A stretch of 63,212 bases of DNA, counting the filler, from Perkinsus chesapeaki ATCC PRA-425 (Eukaryota; Protista; Perkinsozoa): the NCBI GenBank assembly GCA_013115145.1. It is 5 parts of 5 records of this genome, joined end to end, with 100 filler letters (N's around TTAATTAATTAA, not from the genome) between each part and the next. Parts side by side here need not be neighbours in the genome. Positions count along the whole stretch, not along the records: positions 25,495 to 57,226 come from JAAPAO010000413.1; positions 57,327 to 59,919 come from JAAPAO010001566.1; positions 60,020 to 61,832 come from JAAPAO010001773.1; positions 61,933 to 63,212 come from JAAPAO010002063.1; 1 more part is not named here. The stretch is one strand, 5' to 3'. Shown here one piece after another: positions 54,945 to 63,212 of the stretch. The position numbers were made by a program, and so were the translations under genes. How positions within the stretch are numbered: position 1 is the first letter of the stretch; every line of letters starts with the position of its first letter. A model generated the notes under the pieces. That model was given only the letters and a program-made list of their open reading frames with translations, had not been told where the DNA came from and made no database searches.

Positions 54945-57226
54945 GTATGTGTCTCAGCGAGAGACATAATCATTCTTATGCATCTCCTAGTAGCTTGCAT
55001 CTTCTGTTACGCGTACCCAATCCCGCTGCTTTGGGAGTTGGCATCGTCTTCTCATTTTTTATTTCTCCCGTCCCCAGAGGGTAACACCCACTGGGTACCG
55101 CCGAGGACTTTCTTGTGACTTCGGCGACAGCACCGCGTTGATCGGACCCCCATCAACTTAGATTGGAGAATGGTTGTGTGACATACTCCATGATTGACTA
55201 CAAGCTGGAAGATCTAACGATGGACGAGTCGAGAATCGATTCGCCGCGGAAGAACAATTGACAACGGGCACGGGGATAATGTCTCGTAACACATTGGCAA
55301 CTGAGAGCTATCCCACATCCGGAGTCGCTTAAGACGAAAGAGAACAATTCCGAGGAAAAAAACTCTGCGGACTCTTCTAGCCGTCGGTTACCCGATTTTT
55401 TGCTGCGCTTGTACCGATTGTTAGTGCAATAATCAGCTAAAACGTTTCGGATATTGAGCCAGTCTGGTTGGTTGATATAACGATTCTCCGCAACGATAAT
55501 AGAGCTCGTATGGCAGAGATAACGACTGTCCGAAATTCAACCGGAAGCAAATCTCACAGCTTTCCGACAGTTGATTTTCCATGGGTAATTTATCAGTAAT
55601 GCATGGATAGAATGGCCTGGACGGAGGAGGCTATTGAGACCACTTCTCGATGTGTTACGGTCAGCAACAAACCGAATACTTTTTTGACGGTTGCTGCTTT
55701 ACCTTTCGCCGTCCAAGTTTGCCAGATGTGTAGGCAAGTTGCTTAAGGCAACAAATCGTTGCCACTACGTTGTTCAAAAAGGACTGTTGCCAGCAACGCC
55801 TTTTGAACAGCGCAGTATCTCATCCGAGAATGACGAGTACGGAGTACCCATAGTTGGCCTATGCCTGGAAAATCTCATCGAAAACACCGAAATCGGGGCA
55901 GTTGGAACAACGTGTGCCCAAAATGCAACCGAGATTGACAATACACAAGCAAGCTTCGTTCAAAGAGAATGAGCATGCTGATATACACTACAAGAAGCTC
56001 ATAATATTATTGAGCCTATTATTAATATATTATTGTATTGCTATGAGCCTCACATCTTAGGTATTTACACTATGACCAGGCTGGGTAACTTGACACTGCC
56101 TAGGCATAGTAGGAATCTAACTATGATCAGGCAGTGTTAAGTTATTAAGTGTTGGAATCCAACGGTTGGATTCTCGATACTTGCGTATGAAACTGATACA
56201 CACTTTGTGGAGAATATCCATTACAGTATATAGGTTGTTATCCAAGTTATATGATTTGTCAATGATACGATTATCATTTAGATCTAATCTCTCAATGATA
56301 CTTTTTATCGCCACAAAGACTCTCTTAATCTCATAAAGCTATGAATCGCAGCTCTTTATAAAATATAGAGAATCATAGTCCACGATGATCCTTTGTGATA
56401 GGTCGGTCGGTCCATTGCGAGTCGCTCCATGGAGATCGTTGTGTCGTTGGAGATGCACCGTTGCCTACCCCTTTCCAACCTCAGCTTAGGGACGGGGTGA
56501 GTCTGGGTATAGATGGCTGCTCGAGTGAGTGACTATGTGCATTCCCGAAGCTTGAGAAATATATTAACAAATATTTCATGTCGATTGCCTGTGATTTCTC
56601 ATCAAATTTCATTGGCTTACTTCTACGTTTTTTTCTCGAACCCATAACTGCAAGGTTGATATCCCAGTACAAGCCTTAAAAGTTAACTTCTCTAATTTGA
56701 ATGTCTATCGAGCTCGTAAATTTAGCCTATTTTCAGGTCCTTATTTTCTCACCAGTATCATATTATGAAGTAACAATTTATCCTGCGGCCAGGCCTAGAT
56801 GGACCGATGCAAATATGAAACAATGTGTCAGTGTAGGCGTGTGCCTTAGAAGTTGGAAACAGCGAGCTTCTGGCCAACAGGCTGGATGGTGCAAGTAAGG
56901 TATTTCGCATTTCTACACTAAGATGAATTTTGGTATCGGAATATATTTCCCTTGGCTTACTAACTCCATCATCCGTTGTATAATCGGCTGGCAACTGGGC
57001 TTCCCGTCCTGGGCTATTAGTATCGTACTTGGTTTGTCTCTTATCATTAATGCTACATTGCCACAATGGTGATTGTTTGTTATTATCTGGACCATACATT
57101 ATTGATCCTACTAGCTTCATCATGTATTGTAGTACTGCTGTGGTAGCACAACAAATGATAAGTGGGAAGAAACTATAAACTTAATAGGTTATACATCATA
57201 ACTGGAATGGCTAGTAGACACTCACA

Positions 57227-57326
57227 NNNNNNNNNNNNNNNNNNNNNNNNNNNNNNNNNNNNNNNNNNNNTTAATTAATTAANNNNNNNNNNNNNNNNNN
57301 NNNNNNNNNNNNNNNNNNNNNNNNNN
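57227..57326. other. artificial contig spacer
   Basis: TTAATTAATTAA at 57271-57282 within Ns. Confidence 0.98.
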
Positions 57327-57568
57327 CTAGTCGTTACAATCTTGAGCACTTCTCGTCACTTAACGTTTTCTTCACTGTTATCCGCGATGGCGCGCATTGG
57401 CCACGGGAGAACGTTGTCAAATAGTCACTTAATTAACGTATCAAGGCTACACGTACAATATAGACGATGTACGGAAAAAATAAAATGGAAATAATTCTAA
57501 GTCGTCATAATCCTCATAACTATTTAGTCGTCACAGCTTTATAGACGTACTTAATTGTCGTTGACTTC

Positions 57569-58512
57569 TTAGTCGTCGTTCCCAGCCCATTCACCAACAT
57601 AAAAATAGTGACGTTGCTTAGCGACACGTAGGGCATCTAGCTTTACCATGTCGTTGTAGTCATCGACGTCAAAGAACTGCATCATGTGCTCGTACTTAGA
57701 GAAGACGTTACTCATCGCATCACCGACGTTGTTGTACAACATACGACGCATGTAGACGTTGTTAGTCGTGTTAAAGCCGTCGTCCATAGTAGCAATAAAA
57801 TACCCTTGTAAAGAGCGAACGTCCTCAGGTACGAGTAGTGTAGAGACATACTAAGTCGTCCAACCTTCCTGACGTCTAAAGATGCGTCGTGAGGTAGCTT
57901 AGGGACACCCAACACGTAGTTAGTCGTCTTCACGTCCCAACACCCACAAGCCGTAAAAAGGGATTCTACTAAACTCCACCTCAATAACTCGCCTAACGTC
58001 GTAAGAATAACTTCTTCTTCACGTAGTCCATTATCACTTAAAACGTCGTTGGTCAACGTAGAACCGTCAGGGACGTTGTTGAAGTACGTTTGTCCAGACT
58101 TGATGAAAAGACGTAGACACGGATTGATTCGGTGCCACGTCGTGGTGTCTACCAACAAAGTCGTCACCAGCTTGAGGCTGCAGAGTGCGGTCTCAAAGTC
58201 GTTCAATATGGTAACGTCAATCTTAGGGACGTAGTCAAACGTCAGCACACCGGTCGTAGATATACGAGGAGTAGTTACTCTAGTCGTATCAGCTGGTGGT
58301 ATGACGTTACTGGAACCAAACATAGAGAGGTTGACGTTATAGTCGATGACGTTTTGAACGGCCTTGCAACCAGTCGTTACAGTAGCTAAATCAGCACCAG
58401 GCGACCAAATTTCTTTGCGGTAGGCGTCGATGTCGTGGTGGCCATGGGGTGCCTGGGGACGTAGGTCTTCAGCATGTCTGCTAACATCGTTGTTGAAGTT
58501 GTTGCCGGACAT
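57569..58512 (-). CDS. intronless ORF of unknown function (about 314 aa if one frameshift is corrected), probably mobile-element encoded
   Basis: Frame A is open 58512-57712 (MSGNNFNNDVSRHAED...). An overlapping frame is open 57850-57569 (YVSTLLVPEDVRSLQGYFIATMDDG...WAGNDD*). No introns; the ACG/GAC-rich codon style is shared with the upstream ORF. Confidence 0.55.
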
Positions 58513-58574
58513 AGTCGTAAAAGAAAGGGGGATAGGGACGTACGATTGGAGTCGTCAACTGCTCTACAAACCCA

Positions 58575-58863
58575 TGTTATAATGAAGTAAGATAAGGATA
58601 AGGACGTAGCTACACTAAACACTCACTAGCCTACTTCACTCTAGATATAAAAGACGTGATCTAAACCGAAATAAAGCGCATAGAGTCGTCACTAAAGGGT
58701 GGAGGCCCCGCAATGAACGGCGCAACGGCTAAATCGATCAAGCTAAGGGAAATGTAAGAGCGCAAGACGCTCCACTAGATCCCACAGGTAACAGTATAGA
58801 TAATATATCTACGTACGGAGGCTACTCACTAACGTTCGAGCTACAAACTAGTATTGTCTTACA
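58575..58863 (-). mobile_element. candidate LTR (289 bp, TGT...ACA) followed by a TGG PBS-like start
   Basis: On the minus strand it begins TGTAAG 2 nt after the upstream ORF stop, ends ATAACA, and is followed directly by TGGGTTTGTAGAGCAG. No second copy in the window and no clear PPT. Confidence 0.3.
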
Positions 58864-58865
58864 CG

Positions 58866-59918
58866 TTACTGCTGTAGGAGGAAGTCTCCTACATAAGATA
58901 GAAGGTCTCGTAGCTCTTTTCCACGTGCTCTAGTCATTGAGCGCGTTGAAGGCCTTACGTAGATTAGGTTACCAATTTCAACATCAAGGGTGGCCTTGTC
59001 GTTGTTGTCAGTGATCTTAGTAAGCACTCCTTCTTGAATGACGTCCATGGGTTGCAGGTCGACCTTGTTCTCATCCGTAAGGCTCCCAACAACTCGTGCT
59101 ACACCAATGTAACCTTCGTCAATAACCATCACTATGGAGTCGTTCATAGGAGCAGTAGTAATAAATTTACCAAACGTATGTCGAGTTGAAGTTCCGATAA
59201 TATCACGTAGCTCATCACGACGTGTAGATAGGGGTTTTGGCAGGGAAGCAGAGGTTCCCTTCCGTGAAGGGCGGCTTGAGGGGACGTTAGTAATATCCTT
59301 CTTGGGGATGGTGTCGTTATTAGTGTCACCTTCCACAGCAGCTCGTTCATTGGGAGTAGAATACACGTCGTGGTCTTCCGCATCGTTGAACTCGCCAAAG
59401 TCGTCAGCTTCAGGTGAAGCTACCAAGTCCTCCATGTCACCATTGTCGTCAAGATGAGCACCACTGTCGTCTAAGATGTCGAAGTCGATATCATTGTTAC
59501 CAGCATGATGTTTAATAACGTTTCTAGACGGCGTTGCGGTAGTCCCATCTTCGTAGGTTTCGATATCGCCTCTTACCACCATGGAATTATCAATTAACTC
59601 GCCGGAATTACCGTTCACGTCTTGGCTTCTTACGCTCGTTGGTCTTACGGCGCTTTCGTCTGGAATATCCGCCTCGTCTCTTGGAATGTCATCCGCAACG
59701 TCTTCTGGAATATTGTCGCTCGGAATATCATTAGGAAGAGAGTCGTTGGAGTTGATGTTGTCATCTTCATCATCTATTCGTCGTTGTAACCATCCACTCT
59801 TCTCCATAGCCATTCGATAACGCTGTTGACGTAGAAGATCTAAGTTGTTAGTAGAGTCGATACCAATATTCTTAATGGAGCCATCAGAGTCGACGAACAC
59901 TCGTGTACCCTTAGCATA
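58866..59918 (-). mobile_element. C-terminal part of a long intronless ORF, probably a retrotransposon pol/integrase tail
   Basis: Open from the contig end (YAKGTRVFVDSDG...) for 350 aa with a long Asp-rich low-complexity region. YAKGTRVFV resembles the F/Y-x-x-G-D-x-V-x-V segment downstream of Ty3/gypsy integrase cores. No catalytic motif is inside the contig. Confidence 0.45.
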
Positions 59919-59919
59919 G

Positions 59920-60019
59920 NNNNNNNNNNNNNNNNNNNNNNNNNNNNNNNNNNNNNNNNNNNNTTAATTAATTAANNNNNNNNNNNNNNNNNNNNNNNNN
60001 NNNNNNNNNNNNNNNNNNN
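59920..60019. other. artificial contig spacer
   Basis: TTAATTAATTAA at 59964-59975 within Ns. Confidence 0.98.
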
Positions 60020-60262
60020 TTTGGGCTAAAATCGGTTGCACTGCCGCAGCTAATAATAACATCACCGCCTATGCCGAGATCGGTACAAGTGTTAGTCTCT
60101 TGATCGCCGGTGCTGGTGTATCTGTCGATATCAAGGGTAACACTATGGATCACCTTCCCAATAAATGGCAATTCTTCTCGGGTGTCAAACTGAACGCTTG
60201 GGTTAACATACTTGTCTATAAGAACTCCTGGAACTGGCGTTGGGAAATATGGCATGCCAGTC
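60020..60262 (-). CDS. exon of a hypothetical protein running off the contig
   Basis: After the aaacag acceptor: TGMPYFPTPVPGVLIDKYVNPSVQFDTREELPFIGKVIHSVTLDIDRY...CTDLGIGGDVIISCGS. Confidence 0.3.
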
Positions 60263-61832
60263 CTGTTTATTTTTAATATTTTTTAATGGTCCTGATAAAT
60301 GGCTCTTGATGTCCCAGAGACTTCCAACATAGTTTCGTGTATTTGTCCAAATTGCACGGTTCAATTCGTGGCATGCGTTGTATGTATCTGCCGGCTAAGT
60401 CGCGTTTCAAATTATGAATCTCTAGATCGCGCTGACGACTTCATGACTTACTTCTCTGCTACGAATAACTTTGCATACGTCTCAAATTTTCTAGCTCAGA
60501 AAGTCCTTGAGTGGGTCCGTTTCCTCCAGACAGTTTTTCTTCCGGTCCTCCACGGAACTCAAAGTTAGTTGACCAGTAAATTCTGCCGTGCTGTGATTGT
60601 TCTCGTCCTCTAGCCACTTCTTAAAGCAGTGTCGTCTTGCTGACACTAATCCCTTCTTGAAATCCAGCCGCATCGATTCGTTTGATCAGCTCTGAAATTC
60701 TGTCGTTAAATGTAGAACTCTGTAACATTATAACGGTTAAGTCTCATAAGTCTAATTACTTCTTGTTCCACTGGTTGTGAGCTCTAGTAGTCCTTTTGAA
60801 AAGGAATATTTCTCTTCTTGATTGCGGAAAAGTCTTGTCGTTATTCGAGTGCATTTTTTGGCGTTTTGGTGTCATCTTATAAGCCGATGCTATGCTTACA
60901 CCATCTTCCTTCTACTTCCTACGTCTCGCGTTCCAGTGCCCGTTGGTAGTGTCGAATTGCCACTGTCAATTAAGTACTCCATGCGTTCACTAGAGGCGTC
61001 ATACTGACACGGCAATCTGCTAGAGACTATCTCTCCGCAGTCTTACTGGTCCCAGAGCTTTGAAAGCATTGCTTTCTAGAAAAGATAGGAATTTCTTGCG
61101 GATATTCCGCACCATTCTAGAAACGACTTTCCTATAATCTGATTTGTTTGCTGAAACCTCTGGAAGGTAAAGCGTTCCTAACGCTTTATAAAATCTTTGT
61201 ATCAGGCTTGAGGAACGCTTGATACTCATATTGCCACCGGCGCATTGCCGCCGTATCGAGGACGATCGCTAACTGAATAATTCAGTCCGAATTCGACAAG
61301 TCGTTTGGCTCAATCTCGTTTCCTACACAGGTTGGCTCACCAGAGCCCATAAGTAGTATCAACTTGGTCCCACCAAGTCTGTAATGTAGGATACAGAGGT
61401 GGGAGGCGTGATGACGCCTTCACTTGGGACTCCTTGTGAGCCTTAGCGAACTACGCTCCCGGCAACTTTTATTGTAATCCTTGATCTCTTTGCCCTACTA
61501 GCTTCTGCGCAGGTTTTTTCCGTTCCCTTTTCTTTGTAGAACTAGGTCTTGACAAGACCGTCTTGTATCACAACTCTCCTTTTCGTATATTTTCACTTTC
61601 GTGGCTTCTCCTCGGTTATACCTTTGCTACCTGTTGCTCATAGTAATCCTGCCGTGCTGTGATTGTTCTCGTCCTCTAGCCACTTCTGCGAACCGCTCGG
61701 GAGTTTGGGAGAGGTGATGTGTGTTTGTGCCTAACACCACAAACACCAATCACGAGGCTGTGATGTGCGATTGTGTTAATGGGCGAGCGAGGATTAATTA
61801 GAAAGATTCATGCTGAATGATTAGCCTTAGAT

Positions 61833-61932
61833 NNNNNNNNNNNNNNNNNNNNNNNNNNNNNNNNNNNNNNNNNNNNTTAATTAATTAANNNNNNNNNNNN
61901 NNNNNNNNNNNNNNNNNNNNNNNNNNNNNNNN
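61833..61932. other. artificial contig spacer
   Basis: TTAATTAATTAA at 61877-61888 within Ns. Confidence 0.98.
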
Positions 61933-63210
61933 GACCGCATCATCATCATCTCCGCTACCCAACGCTTCATGGTTGGTATTGACGGCTCTAACGTGGTCTT
62001 TGCTTCGACCTTGATGCTTACTGCTCGTCGAAGGATCGGTCTTTCTCTCCTTTCTGGTCTGATAGGCGGTCTCGTCAGCAAGGGCCGCCTCTCTTATGGC
62101 ACTCTCAAGCTGACTAAGCGACTCAACTTCCTCCCAATCTCGGGAATCACCCTGCTCACGGGCTTCCTCTTGGAGTTTTTTGATGACATCTCTCTTCACC
62201 ATATTCGGTAACGCCCCTACTGCTTGTCTCACGAGTCCCTTCCGCTCAGAGATATCGTTTGGATGCACACTCAAAAGCAAATTGTAAGCCCGGCGTACTT
62301 GGGCCAAAAACTCTTCCGTCTGCCCTGAGTTAATGCAGTGGAACTCGGCAATCGCATTCTGGAGGTACTCCTGCAGATGGTGTCGCCGACAGTGTCTCCA
62401 CTTAAGCATCTCCTTCAGACTTGACCAAGTAGGGTGGCGTTGTTCTCTGATCCATGACCGCACTTCTGAGGCTAACCCAACCTCTTTCAAGCTTTCCGAT
62501 AACTTGGACAGAACTAGGACCTCTAGGTCCCCATGTGGCTTGAAGGTACCATCTCTACTACTGTAGTCGCCCATACCGTAGGCTGTCAGGATTGCCTCTT
62601 GGTGATCTATATGCGCCATGAGTTCGGCCTTACTCTCACATGGCGATAAGGTCACCCGGGCAACATCTCTCGGCCAAGCTCGGAAACCTGTACTAGGCTG
62701 CGTCTCACAACTGGACCGCGGTGCTAAGCGGATTTCCTTCCTTCCGGATACCTGGGACTGGTCGCTCGACCTTGACCGTTTAGCACGTGCTTCGTGCTCA
62801 CCGCCGGCACTCTGACCCCTGCACACCTCACGGATAAGCTCTCGGAGCTCTGAACTGAAACGCGCTTGTTGCTCAATAAGCAGGGTCCTCAGTTCACGCT
62901 GCTCCTTCACCAAGATCTCCCATGGGACGGGCTGAGCAGCTTCGTGCCTCGTACCCACGGAACTATGGTCGCTGTCCTCTGATTCTTCCCCCAGAGAAAC
63001 AAATCCTTCAGGGCGTCCTCCAGCATCCTCCTCTCTCAACTCTTCTTCAGTTGGAGGAGGTGGAGGGGCTTCGAACTCTACTTCCTCTCCAGGGGTATCA
63101 CGGGTTCCTCCCGTTTGGCGATTCTCTCTCTCTTGTCTGCGTCTTGCTCTTTGGGTGGGAGCATCGGCTCGCGCTCCTTCCCCATCAGCTTGGTCTTCAG
63201 TGGGGTCGTG
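61933..63210 (-). mobile_element. gag-like ORF of an LTR retrotransposon (open at both ends)
   Basis: An intronless frame is open over the whole contig (about 426 codons), with an acidic/Pro N-region, a coil (EQRELRTLLIEQQARF) and helical capsid-like HPTWSSLKEMLKWRH...EEFLAQVRRAY, resembling the retrotransposon gag W..L...L pattern. Confidence 0.55.
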
Positions 63211-63212
63211 GT

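Noticed and set aside
54465-55000. Repetitive ORFs (MGYVPSHPWDMSRLIHGICPV...)
   Set aside because: They are translations of the 23-bp minisatellite across an N gap.
55100-57226. Scattered short ORFs as a gene or element
   Set aside because: No consistent exon chain or motif could be assembled.

Overview
Intron-rich eukaryotic DNA. Short 40-70 nt GT-AG introns, Gly-Lys repeat tracts and duplicated S28 peptidases suggest a perkinsid alveolate (inference). The window is five contigs joined by artificial N44-TTAATTAATTAA-N44 spacers (1-25394, 25495-57226, 57327-59919, 60020-61832, 61933-63212), so adjacency across spacers is not biological. Contig 1 holds a tightly packed plus-strand block: SKI2 helicase, ATP9/Neo1-type P4-ATPase, S10 serine carboxypeptidase and kinesin-13. 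Contig 2 holds a PIF/Harbinger transposase remnant, a phased TGTCAAACTT motif array, two S28 peptidase paralogs (one clearly pseudogenised), a HEAT-repeat (Scc2-like) gene, a B-box/IQ gene, and a coiled-coil gene with an antisense intronic tRNA-Lys plus tRNA-like remnants. The small contigs are mostly retroelement-like. The most unusual signal is a recurring mutational signature: short perfect inverted duplications centred on a single base, sometimes chained. The clearest case is a 43-nt insertion, built almost entirely from flanking sequence, that frameshifts one S28 copy; the intact paralog shows the ancestral state. Exon boundaries were read by eye and no database search was run.
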